Assembly (NCBI GenBank): GCA_028534125.1
Contig: CM052817.1
Coordinates: 2,420,001-2,484,000 of the forward strand
Direction of reading: 5' to 3'
DNA from: Lama glama
Lineage: Eukaryota
DNA length: 64,000 nt
Position 1 is the first letter of the stretch, and each line of letters starts with the position of its first letter. The notes beneath the pieces were generated by a model. It was not told the origin of the DNA, made no database searches, and saw only the letters and a list, made by a program, of their open reading frames with translations. The position numbers and the translations under genes were made by a program. Shown here in pieces: positions 16,100 through 27,350 of the stretch.

Positions 16100-18200
16100 G
16101 CATGTAGGAAACTGCACCAGCCGGGAGGTGACGGCCGTTGAGCGGGCGGTGGGCACGCAAGGCGTCATTTCAAGGCTTCCCCTGCTTTGTTTTACATCCG
16201 AAGCCTTCCACGATAAAAGCACTTTCAAAAGCGACTACCCAGGAACGCGCAGGGTGTGTGTTTCCAGCTGCCGACTCTGCCGCGCGCTGCTTCCGTTGCA
16301 GGTTTGCTTCTACCGCACCGCCTGCGGCCTTCGTCCCGTTTACACCCTGCTTGCTTTCTGTTTGTTCCCCCTCCTTCCTTCGAAGTGCGAATTGAAACCC
16401 GTTGATTCGGTCTCTGCAGACGTGTTTCACTCTGAAACCTCACTCTTTCTCCACGAAGCTGTCCCTGCCGCCATCCCTCCCGCACCGCTCCGGGCACCCC
16501 TCGGCGCCCATCCGGAGCCCCGGCGCCCACTATCACCTCCGCGCAGGAGGCCCCGCCGCAGAGGACGCATCAGGGCTGCACGACCGCTGGCGCCGCCTCC
16601 CGGCTCTCGCGGCTCGAGTCACCAACGCGGACTGGAGCTCCCGCTGCTGCTGCCGCTGCCGTATGCCGCCCGGGTCCGACCCCGCTGCCCGTCTGGGAGA
16701 CTGAGCCCGGCGGCCACCCCCTGGTCCTGGGTTCGTGTCTTCGGCTTCTCGGTGCTTCCTTGACGCTCTCGGTGTCCCGTGGTCCGCAGGGCCGAGACTC
16801 GGACCGAAGTGGGATGGGTGGCTAAGGCTGGGCGGGAGATCGCTGGGGGGCAGGTGGGGGAGGGGCTCACGTGTTTGGCGCTCCATCTCGAGACAGACCA
16901 GCCCGAAGGTGCTCCCCATCCCCTGGAAAGGAGGGATCCTGGGGGTGTGAGGGCCCGGCAGGAGGCCCTAGGAGAGGCCGACGAGGGACCGGCAAGGTGC
17001 ATGAAGAGGGCCTCTGGGATGCGGCCGTTCCAGCTCCGAATTGCGGGTCTCCCCGGGGTCTCCCCAACCCCAGGATGGGGACCTGGCGGAAGTTGCTAAC
17101 CCGCCCCGCCTTGGCGGTGCCTCCCGGACTCTGCCTTCCCGGCGCGTTTCTCTTTCGCTCAGATTCTCAGCTTTAGTCGATCTCCACCTCCCGGTGTCTC
17201 CTCTCCATTCTTCTCTGCTCTCTTCCCTTCATCGGAGCTCGGGATTCAGCCCGTGGGTCCGTCCCCGCTAACCGCAGTACCACTCCGCCCGGTTCCATTT
17301 CCCCCTCTCCGGAACATACTTCCTACCCCCTTCGAACCCGCCCAGGTCAGGGTCGGGGAGGTCCAGGCCCCCTTTAAATGTTTTATTTCTTTGCCGAGAC
17401 GTCTTCTCGACCTAGGCGTTTGGAAGCGCGCATTCCAGGACGCAGCGGCGCAGGGACCCCGACGCTCCGAAGCACTGCGTCGCCCGGGTCAGGTTGGAGG
17501 GAGTCGGTGGCGCCGCTTCGCGTCCGGATCCCGTGCCTGCCCCTCTGGGGCCCTCGAGCTGGGCTGTCGCCGCTCCGGGCCCAAGTGTCCCGCCCGGCTG
17601 CCCGAGCTTGAAGGAGAGAAACTGGCGGTGGCGCCAGCTCCGCGGCTCCGGGGCCGGCGGGCGGCCAGCGCCGAGCGGCCCCTCTCCCCGCCCAGGCTGC
17701 CGGGCGTCGGAGCGCAAGGCCGGCGCAGCTCTAGACCCTCGGGGCCCGCGGCCCTCGGGGTGCCCTGCCCCCCGCCCGCAGTCCTTCCGGCCCCGCCCCA
17801 CCCTTCCCGCCGGCGCCCGAGCCCCCTCCCCGCCCCCCGCCAGGCTCACCTGGCGTCTCCTCGGCGTCTCGGAGTCTGGCTCGGCCCTCGGGCCCCGCCC
17901 CTCGGTTCTCACCTCGCCCCTTCCCGCTCCCAGCTCCCCTCTTCCCCCGCCCGTCCCTTCCCCCTGGGGCTCCGCGCTGCGCATCCGTCCGGTCTCCGCG
18001 CCACCACCTAAGACGCCGAGGTCTAGGCAAGGGGCCGGGGCTGGGGCCGAAGAGAAGGGAGGTGCCTGAGCCCGCCTGGGTCCCCGAAGGCTTCTGGGAG
18101 GAGGCCGTATTAAACTCGAAGGCTAGAGGGGAGGAAAGGTCTGGGCGGACGCAGGTGGAGACCTCGCGGTTCGCCTCGAGTCTCCGCCCTTGTTGGGGAC
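16100..18200. promoter_or_regulatory. Downstream CpG island
   Basis: About 2 kb of CpG-dense sequence; its ORFs are low-complexity P/R/G/A strings. Confidence 0.7.
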
Positions 18201-20299
18201 ATCTCGGTCCCACTCTCTGCCATCTAGCTCTCGGTCACCCCCCTTCCACTCTTCCCTCCCGGGAAGATGGGGCACAGAGTTGAGGCTGCCGAGCTGTGTG
18301 CTGCCTTCACCGGCCGTCTGCATGGCTTTGGGAAAGTCACTTCACCTTTCTGAGCTCACCTTGCCGATCTCTGGAGTGGGTAGGTGGCAGTGGTGAGGGT
18401 CACTCGGCCTAATGACAAGAGCGCGGGCTCAAGACTTGCTGCTATGCACACAGCCTTAAATGCCCCTGATTTGTACCCATCACACCCCAGGGCACCCTCT
18501 GCCAGGACGCTTGATCCACAGGTCCCTTTCCTTTAGCATGTGCCAAGGGCTCGCTGCCTTTCATGGCTTGATCCTGAGCGCAGAAAGTCAAGTCCCCCCC
18601 ACCCCCATTCATTCATGTAGTCATGCTCCTACTAGGGCTCCAGGACACCTGAAGGTGCCCACTCACACTGTCACCGCAGGCCGGGGCGCACGCATGCGCA
18701 AGAGCCCTCCAGTAACACAGCTGCACCTCTATCTAACCCCGCGTCTGCCCCTCCAGGACCCAAGCTTCCACACTCCCAGACCCATAAGTCCTCCGACTGT
18801 TGCTTCATCCCCAGCAGAGACCTAGCATGTCCACGTCTGTGTCCCCTACTCCCACCACGGGCAGTTGCGCCTCCAACATCCCAGCCATACAACCGGCCTA
18901 GGAAATTTGGTGTCCAGAGGTGGACAGAGACCCTGGCTTCCTGGGCAAGCTAGCCTTGCTCTCCTTGTTGTTCGTGGGCATTTACTCCCCCACCCACATG
19001 ACACTGAAGCTTTTTCTGAGCCGGAAGTTGATCACCCTCTTTACAGAAATTGTCTCACTACATCCCCACAGTAATCTGGTGAAGGGAGTGATGTCCCCAG
19101 TTTATGAATGAGGATTCAGGCCTTACCCAACTCCAGATTACACAGATTATGTGTGCGGGAAGGCAGACCTGTGTCCAGCCCTCTTTCCAGTGGGGGAACG
19201 ACACAACACGTGCATATGGGAGGCATGTGGCGAGAGCTTAGCGCCCTGGCTGGGGCGCCGCGAGACAGGTGGGCGAGGGCAGCTCATCAGCTCAGAAGGA
19301 AGGTGCCTCTAGTTTCTCCCCTTGGCCTTCATCAAGCTTCTCTTCCCTTCCAGTTGGCCTTCCTTTCCCTACCCGAGTCCCCACACGTGGCTGGGGTGGG
19401 GCAGCTCAGGGGCAGTGCTTCTGTACCCTAAGGATGCCCCTCAAAAGTGCTTTCCTTGGAATTTTCTAAGGCCCTCTAGAGTGGCTGGGACCCACTAGGC
19501 CTTTGTGGAATCTGAGAGGGAAGCCCCAAGGCAGCAGAGACCTCTGTGGGTGGAGATCCCTGAAGGGCAGCCTGGCCAGAGGTGGGATTGGACAGACTGG
19601 GCGGCAGACTGATGCTGACACACTGATTCATGATGATTCAAATTGTTTTTGTGGACAGGGACCCCTTAAAAAATTTCCATTCCCTTGTGTGCGTGTGGAG
19701 GGGTGGTGGTGTGGTGGTGGTGACAGTCTATGAGCCACCTCCTGGCTGGAGCCAAAACCTCCAGCTTCCTGAAAGGGACCCTTGCCAGCTCCAGTCTCAC
19801 CCACTGTGCCCATTTTTACAGACAAACCTAATGTGGCCCCAAGAAAGGCCCCAGAAACTGGATGCCACACCTCCCTCCTCTTCCCTCTGCTCCTGAATTC
19901 AATGACAAGCAAGGTTGAGACCAAAGAGCAGGGCCCACCAGACTCCAGGTGCCTCAGAAACAAGGTGGGGGGGGGTCATTGCCCCCTGAGTGTGGCAGAG
20001 AGGAGGGAACTGGGAGGCCCCAGGGGAAAATGGGTTTTTAAGGAAGCCCACCCTGTGCTGGGGCTCTCTCTGATCCGCATCTACCCAGGGACTTTCATAA
20101 GGGTCTCTCCACTGGAAGTCTGATTCTTTCACAGGGCCCGGAGGAAGGAGGCTCTGGACCCCAGGACCCCAGGACCCCAGCCAATCATCCCACAGTCCTG
20201 AATACGACCAGGGGACTGGAGTGTGTGTATGTCACTGCCGACCTCTCCCGGACCCTGGGAGTGAGGTTTGGTCCCCAGCCAGAGGTGGTGAGCTCAGGG

Positions 20300-21600
20300 T
20301 GCGTCCCCACGGAGCCACCTGCGTCCTGCAGCCACCGAGTGCGCCCAGAGTGGGAGCAGGGCCTCTCCGTCTTCAGCAAACCTCCGCGGCTCCTCCCAGG
20401 CGCACAGAGGCTCGAGATGCCTGGGCCCTAGGCCCAGGGTTTGCCCGGTTCCCCCCGACCCTGGCCCAGGAGCGCAGCCTCAGTTGTACAGCCGGGTTCG
20501 TTCTGCCCAAGCTCCCTGCCGCGCTGCTCTGTTCCCCTGGTCCCCCGGTCTCCGCCGTCTCAGCCTCGGCCTCTCGCTGATCGCCGTCCCCCTTCCCGGA
20601 GCTGCTCTCGGGGCTCCAGCTCCACAGAACCGCGGCGTCAGCACATCTGGGCCTCGCTCACTTTGGTCTGAGTTTTCTTAAATCGCGAAAATCCATTTCC
20701 CCAAATGGGCGGGAGCCTCGCCTCGCTTCAGGGGGCGGTCGGCCCTGCTGCCCCCACCCCACCCCCAGCCCGACCCCCGAGGCCCGGCATTGATTCGCAG
20801 CTTGTGTACATCGCATTAGTCCTAATGGTTTAGCTGATGATTCAACTTTTTCGTTAAAAGCCGCCCCTTGGTCCTCACCCCTCCTCCGCCTCCGCCGGCC
20901 GCCGGCCGCCGGCCTCTCCGCCGCGCGCCCTCCCAGCGCTTTCAGGACTTGCTGGCCAGGAGACACGCGGCTCCTGGAACCAGGGCCTGGGCCGCCGCCC
21001 TGCGCGCGCGGACGCCGCTAGAGGAGCGCGATCCGGGCGGGCAGGGGTGAGGGCTGCGTCGGCGGAGGGGCTGTGGCTTTTGGGACCCTCAGGGACCTTG
21101 GGCTCCCTGGCGCGTAAAATGCAGAGCTTAGACTCGAGATCCTCGACCTTCCAGACTCAGACCTGGGCAGAACCGTAGAGCGATCCAGAAGCTGGGAAAC
21201 CCCGCACCCTCGCGGAGGGGTTCCCCGGCGCCTCTGCTGTACATTCTACCCGCGGGAGGGGCCGAGGGGACTGCTTCCAGGTCGGCCATCACTTGGGAGC
21301 CGAGCCGGGCCTGAGCGCAGAGCCCAGGCAGCGCGCGGCCAGGAGAAGGGGAGGCCGCCGGGACCGCCTCCGCCCTGGGCTCCCTCCTCGGCCTCCTTCC
21401 CGGGCAGGGTCCAGGCCTGCGCGAGGGGCCGACGCCGGACAGCCCGACCTTCCGGGGCGCAGCCCGGAGTCCGCGAGGCCCCGCGGCCGCAGCCCTGCGC
21501 ACCTTCCAGCGAGATCTGCCCCGACGCCTCTCGGTCGGCCCGCATCTGATTTCGTTTCTTGTTCGTTTGCCGCAGAAAATTCCGAAAATACACGCAAGAA
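20300..21600. promoter_or_regulatory. Downstream CpG island
   Basis: CpG-dense block with an embedded AT-rich TAAT core at ~20790-20860. Confidence 0.7.
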
Positions 21601-22050
21601 AAGACTAAGTAAAGCAAAGCAAAACTAAGGCATCACAAATCCTGCTCACTACACGGAGACAGCTGAATTTTTCAATAGTTTGGGTTTTTTCCTATTTACT
21701 TACTTTTTAAATAGGCAGTATATTGGTACAGCGCGAAATTCGACCGCATAACCAGATACACCGTGGGAGGAGTCCCTCCCTTCCTTCTTAAAAATGGAGA
21801 TAAATTTACGCACGGAGAGAAGCGCAAATCTTAAGAGTACAGCTCGATGAGTCTGGACAAACGTACACACTAGCAATCGCCATCTGAGTCTTTTCTTTTT
21901 AAAGAGAGGAAAACATTTACACAAATGTTTACAAGACTTAAACTGAGAGAACCGCTGTACCCTTCTTTTTTTTCTTAAAGTTTGCCAAAGTTATTCACGC
22001 ACACAACTTAAAACGTCTTCTGTTTCCACAAAGAGAATACAAACATCAAA

Positions 22051-22197
22051 GGGAGGGTGCAGCTCAGTGGTGGAGCGCGTGCTCAGCACGCACGGGGTCC
22101 TGGGTTCAGTCCCGGGACCTCTGTTAAAAACTAAATAAGTAAAAATAAATAAACCAAATCACCTCCCCCCTCCCCACCACCACCAACAACAAAAATC
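22051..22197 (+). mobile_element. tRNA-derived SINE (camelid Vic-1-like)
   Basis: GGGAGGGTGCAGCTCAGTGG (A box) ... GGGTTCAGTCCC (B box), followed by an A-rich tail. Confidence 0.8.
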
Positions 22198-22888
22198 AGC
22201 CAGAACAGCTCCACCCGCCCCCAGCCCCTAGCAGGAGACGCAGCTGCCAACCCCAGCCAGCTCCTGCTCCTGCCTGCTCATATTCCTAAACGGCACGCTT
22301 GGGCTCTTTCTTGATTTCATTTAAAAATTTTTATCAAGTGCCTATGGCTCGTCCGGAAGATGGGAAACTACTTGCTCAGAAGTCATGATCACAAGTCACT
22401 CAGGCACTCACAGCCCTTTCCTCCCCATCCTGAAAGCTCCATCCTGGGGCAGGTGGTGCTGGGGTGAGGCCCCGAGTTCACAGGGCTGCCATCAGGTGAA
22501 TGCCCTTCGCCGCTGGATGTGAGCTGGGGTCAGTTTTTTCTGATACTAGTTTTTCCCTTTGGTTTTCTCTATACTTCCCACTCATCTGTCTTCAAACTCC
22601 TTTCCAGAGGGCCAGCCTCCTCTGAAAGGTGTAAACACCCAGAGGCCCCATGCATCAGATGGGGAGGCTGGGGGAGGTGGGTCACAGGCCGGGCTTCTAA
22701 ACAAGACCAGCTCTGTCTGGACTTCACTTTCAGAGGCCATCAGCTCCCAAGGCTTCCCACAGCTCTCCAGGCCAATCACATGCTCCTCACTCCTGGCCTC
22801 ATACATCCTCCAGCCCCCACATTCCCCCAGCCCCCGCCTGTGGGAGTGTTTTGGAAGGGGCTGGCCGCATCTTTCCCTGGGTAACTTT

Positions 22889-23826
22889 CCCAAAGCTTTT
22901 TTTTTTTTTTTTTGCAATTTGCTTTTTATTTTATTTTTTATTGAGTTATAGTCAGTTTACAATGTTGTGTCATTTTCTGGTGTACAGCATAATTTTTCAG
23001 TCATACATGAATATACATATATTCATTGTCAACATTCTTTCTCACTGTGAGCTACTGCAAGATCTTGAATATATTTCCCTGTGCTGTGCATATAAACTTG
23101 TGTTTCTATTCCATGTATCCCAGTCAGTATCTACAGATTTCAAACTCCCAATTTATCCCTTCCCTCCCCCTCCCCTCTGACAACCACAAGTTTGTATTCT
23201 ATGTCTGTGAGTTTTTTTCTGTTCTATATATAAGTTCATTTGTCTTCTTCTTTTTTTTTTTTTTTTAGATTCCACATATGAGTGATCTCATACAGTATTT
23301 TTCTTTCTCTTTCTGGCTTACTTCACTTAGAATGACATTCTCCAGGAGCATCCATGTTGCTGCAAATGGCGTTATGTTGTTGGTTTTTATGGCTGAATTA
23401 TGTTCCATTGTATAAATATACCACAACTTCTTTATCCAGTCATCTGTTGATGGACATTTCAAAACTACAATGAGGTATCACCTCACACCAGTCAGAATGG
23501 CCATCATTCAAAAGTCCACGAGTGACAAATGCTGGAGAGGCTGTGGAGAAAAGGGAACCCTCCAACATTGCTGGTGGGAATGCGGTTTGGTGCAGCCACT
23601 GTGGAAAACAGTATGGAGATTCCTCAAAAGACTAGGAATGGACTCATATGACCTAGCAATCCCAGTCCTGGGCCTATATCCAGAAGGAACCCTACTTCAA
23701 AAAGACATCTGCACCCCAGTGTTCACAGCAGCACTATTTACAACAGCCAAGTCATGGGAACAACCTAAATGTCCATCAACAGATGACTGGATAAAGAAGA
23801 TGTGGTATATTTATCCAAAAGCTTTT
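22889..23826 (-). mobile_element. Young, 5'-truncated, 5'-inverted LINE-1 with target-site duplication
   Basis: Poly-T and L1 3'UTR/ORF2 end on the minus strand (22901-23460; [20 protein letters not shown]...WMLLENVILSE). ORF2 C-terminal segment on the plus strand (23461-23814; [30 protein letters not shown]). TSD cccaaagctttt (22889-22900) / ccaaaagctttt (23815-23826). Confidence 0.92.
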
Positions 23827-24844
23827 GAGCCTTTCTCTGCAGCTTCTGGACCGTGTTCCACTCTGGTTCACATCCTGTGAGGAGAGCTGGGTTTGCCCAG
23901 CTCAGACTCTGAATTTTGAAGAGTTCTGCGGGAATGTGGCCCCTGGCTGGGGCTGGGGCATTCCCCAAGGGTGAACCCTTTACTGGTCTCCCTGGGAAAC
24001 TTTGTTTAATGAAGGTGCCCGGTATTCAGTGCCAGGGAAATCAAACTTTCCTTATCTTCATGAGGGCTCCTTCAACAGGGGTTCAGTGTGCAGTGAACCT
24101 ATCCTGGCCACCCCCCTGCTGCCCCAGTCTCACCCCCTAGGTGGCCCCTCCTGTCATGGCATTCTTGGGTCTCTGTGCTCACTGCTGTTTCTTATCTGAC
24201 TCCTTCCTGAGACTTCCAGCTTCTCTGGAGCTCTGCCATCCTGGCAAGCAGCTCAGAGGCTGCCCCAATGGCTGCTTAATCAACGGTTGTTGGATAAATA
24301 GTGAACAAGACTGTGGTTAAACTTCACATCGACCACGTGATGTGGACGAGGCCTGCGTGGCCAGCTAGCCAAGGATTTAATCCAAATCTGTAAAGCAAAT
24401 TGAATCTTACTGGTTCTTCAGGCTTGTGATGAGCCAAAGGAGATTGGCAAACATGTCTACATTGAATAGCGGAGCAAGGATGGCCAGGTGCCCTGGAAAA
24501 GCCCTGTGTGGGGCGTGGGCACCACCCTAGCTCTTCACACAGGGTGGTTACCTGGGTGTCATCGCCCTGCTCGTCCATGTTCTGTGCACAATAAAGATGC
24601 ACAGAAAAAAGGGATCCAGCGTTTCTCACCTGTTAGGATCAGCATTTTGCTGAAATTGTTTTTCAGATTTCTATATTTGTAGATTCATTTCAGGGTGTAA
24701 AATGCATTTCTTACTGTCATTAGGTCTACAAAGACTTTGAATTTCACTAAATCATGTTGGAATTCTTGTGTTTCCTATTACTCTGTGGTTTTGAACTTAG
24801 TAGAAGAAGTAATAGATATTTCTCTTCCTATTGTTCTTAGGTAC

Positions 24845-25378
24845 TGTATTAGTCAGGATTCTCCAGAGAAACAAAACCAACAGAAAATTTACATATGCAG
24901 AGAGAAATATACATTTACATAGAAAATACAGAGTATATATAGAAAAAATATATTATATATATATATGTTTGAGAGAGAGAGACAAGGAAAAGATTTATTT
25001 TAAGAAATTGGCTCATATGATCATAGGGGCTGACAAATCTGAAATCTGTAGGGTAGGCTGGCAGGCTGGGAATCCAGACCAAAGTGGATGTTGTAGTGTG
25101 AGCCCAGATCCTCAGGGCAGCAGGCTGGAACCTCAGGCAGGGTTTCTATGATGCAGATCTCTAGGAGAATTCCATCTACTTCAGGGGTCCTCAGTGTTTG
25201 CTCTTGAGACCTTCAGCTGATTTGACGTGGCCCACCAACATCGTGGAGGATAATCTGCTTCACTAAAATTCAACCAATTTCAATGTTAATCTCATTTTAA
25301 AAAGACCTTCACAGTAACATCTAGACTGGAGTGTAAAGGAACAACCAGCCAAGCTGATGCATAACCTTGACCATCTCA
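24845..25378 (-). mobile_element. ERVL MLT2-type solo LTR
   Basis: TGTATTAGTCAGGATTCTCCAGAGAAAC...CCATCTCA ends, internal TA/GA repeats, perfect 5-bp TSD GGTAC (24840-24844, 25379-25383). Confidence 0.88.
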
Positions 25379-25929
25379 GGTACCCAGGCCTCCATCTGAA
25401 TTTAAACATACTCCCTCCTCATAAAGAAACAAAGGACATCCCAGCATTGGTAACTTAACTGGTGTTAAAAGAATATGTGGATGGATTTGAGCAGCTGTAT
25501 AAGCCTTGGGCTTTTCAATCCACTCAGGGATCCCCAGGTTCAGGCCCTATTTTGGGCACTGCCCTGTGGGGCATACGACTGCTGTCATGCTGCAGGTCTG
25601 GGCTACAGCCTTTCTCATGCTGTGTGACAGCAGCCTGCCCCATGTCTGCTCCCCGACCAGACAGTGAGCTCCATCACATCCAGGTCCTCAGGACCCACCA
25701 AAGGCTGGGTCTGTGCAGGGAGAGATGGAAGTTTGGGGGGGGGTCTGTTTGTCCTGCATCATCTGGGTGGTGGCAGTGGAGGGGTCTGGAGGGGAGGAGG
25801 GGCCACAAAATTGGTTCACAGCTTGCACCTGTGTTAATCTTGGGTCAATTAAAGATGCAAAGCCAAAATAAAGAAGCTTAAGAAGATTAAAAATGCTCTT
25901 AAGTGTTTACCTGATCCCAGTGGAAGGGG

Positions 25930-26789
25930 GGTGTGTCTCTCCTCCTCTTCCCCCTTTCGCCAGTTTCCGCTGGTTGCTCAGCTAGAGACCACATTTCCCA
26001 GACCCCCTTGCAGCTCCCAGCCTGGTCACATGAAGAGGTTCTGACCCCCGGGTGTGAGACGTACTACAGGCAAGTCCAGCTCTTTCTCTCAACAGGAGGT
26101 TGGGCAGCCTTCTGCGCCCTTCCCTTCCCTTCCCTTCCTGGCTGTCTGGGATGGGGTTCTAGAGGTCTGGTGAGGAAAGGTCACTTAGAACAAAGCAGAG
26201 CTGCCCACCCCATGGACCATGTACCAGCTTCCACTTTAATGTGAGAGATAAAACCTTCTGAGACCGGAGGGAAGAGGGCAGGGCACAACCATTCAAAGAA
26301 TGACACAGCCATTGAGGATAGGACAGAAACTGGTTAGAACAAACTTGGCCCAAGATGGTGGAAGATTCAGCTTCCAGTAGAACTTGAGCCTCATTATATA
26401 CTCATTACAATAAAATTAGCCTTGCAGTTAAGAAGTATCCATCATGCACTGATGCCATGACACCTCTGATCCAGACTAAATAAGGACAAAATTCTCTCCT
26501 CCCCATGGGAAGATGGAGCTCGGATGAACATCAGGAAATACAACCCAAAACCCCTCCTTCCCCAGTAAATATTCCGCCCATTCATTTTTACACCTCACAC
26601 AATCAGCTTGCCAGAGAAACTCAGGGCAGCTACTCATCTGAGCCTGCACACTCTCCCCTTGAGAGTGTACTATAGCTTAATAAATTCTCACTTTACTTTC
26701 TTGACCTCCATGTCTCATCTCTGAATTCTTTCTGCAGGGAGACAAGAACCTACTCCCCAGTATCCAAGTCAATATCCTAACTAATGCAG
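25930..26789 (+). mobile_element. Old MaLR (MLT1-type) LTR interrupted by a younger LTR
   Basis: accacatttcccagacccccttgcagct...ggtcacatg and a terminal atcctaactaatgca flank the insertion. Confidence 0.55.
26259..26765 (+). mobile_element. ERV1-type solo LTR nested in the MLT1
   Basis: Begins TGAGACC, contains CAAGATGG (YY1-like), and AATAAA at ~26679 followed by the typical gtctc...gaattctttc...gagacaagaacc U5-like tail. Exact 3' end uncertain. Confidence 0.7.
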
Positions 26790-26793
26790 AAGG

Positions 26794-26853
<60 letters not shown>

Positions 26854-26940
26854 TTTCTTTCTTTCTTTCTGTACTGGAGATTGAACCCAGGACCTTCACA
26901 TGCTACGCACACTGTTTACCACTGAGCTGTACCCTCACCT
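26794..26940 (-). mobile_element. tRNA-derived SINE with a (TTTC)n microsatellite tail
   Basis: gattgaacccaggacc...taccactgagctgtaccctc is the reverse complement of the SINE head; (TTTC)n at 26794-26870. Confidence 0.82.
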
Positions 26941-27009
26941 TCCAAGGAGACCTTTCTAAGCTGGACCAGTTAGCACCTGCATTTGGCTGCTAATGATTGA
27001 GCCCTGGAT

Positions 27010-27350
27010 ATAGAAGCACGAAACAAGTCTGGAGGTGGGCATCCCAGGGCTTGTGTGGTACTCCACCAATGCACCAGGGACCAAGGACTCCTGCCTTTCT
27101 TATCTGCCATTCTAATACATAGATTTCATCCTCCAGGTCACAAGACAGCTGCTGAAGCTCCAGCCCTCATATCTTTGTTCCATTCAGGATGAAGGGCAAG
27201 GGCAAGGGGGCAAAGGGACCTCCTCCCAGTTTTTAGGAATGTGCCAGAGGCCCCTTTCACTGGCTTCTGCCTTCATCTCTTTAGCTACCTCCATCTTCCA
27301 GAGAGAGTTTTGCAACTAAAGCAGAGTGGGGAGTGGGTACTAGGGGACAA
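27010..27350. mobile_element. Old MaLR (MLT1J/K-like) fragment
   Basis: aagtctggaggtgggc...ggtcacaagacagctgctgaagctccagc motif (from memory). Confidence 0.5.

Noticed and set aside
22051..22125. tRNA-like sequence with A and B boxes
   Set aside because: A-rich tail and several diverged copies in the window (26.9, 49.8, 55.9 kb) indicate a SINE, not a tRNA gene.
23470..23880. 136-aa ORF with a Cys/His motif
   Set aside because: LINE-1 ORF2 C-terminal fragment within a truncated element, not a host gene.
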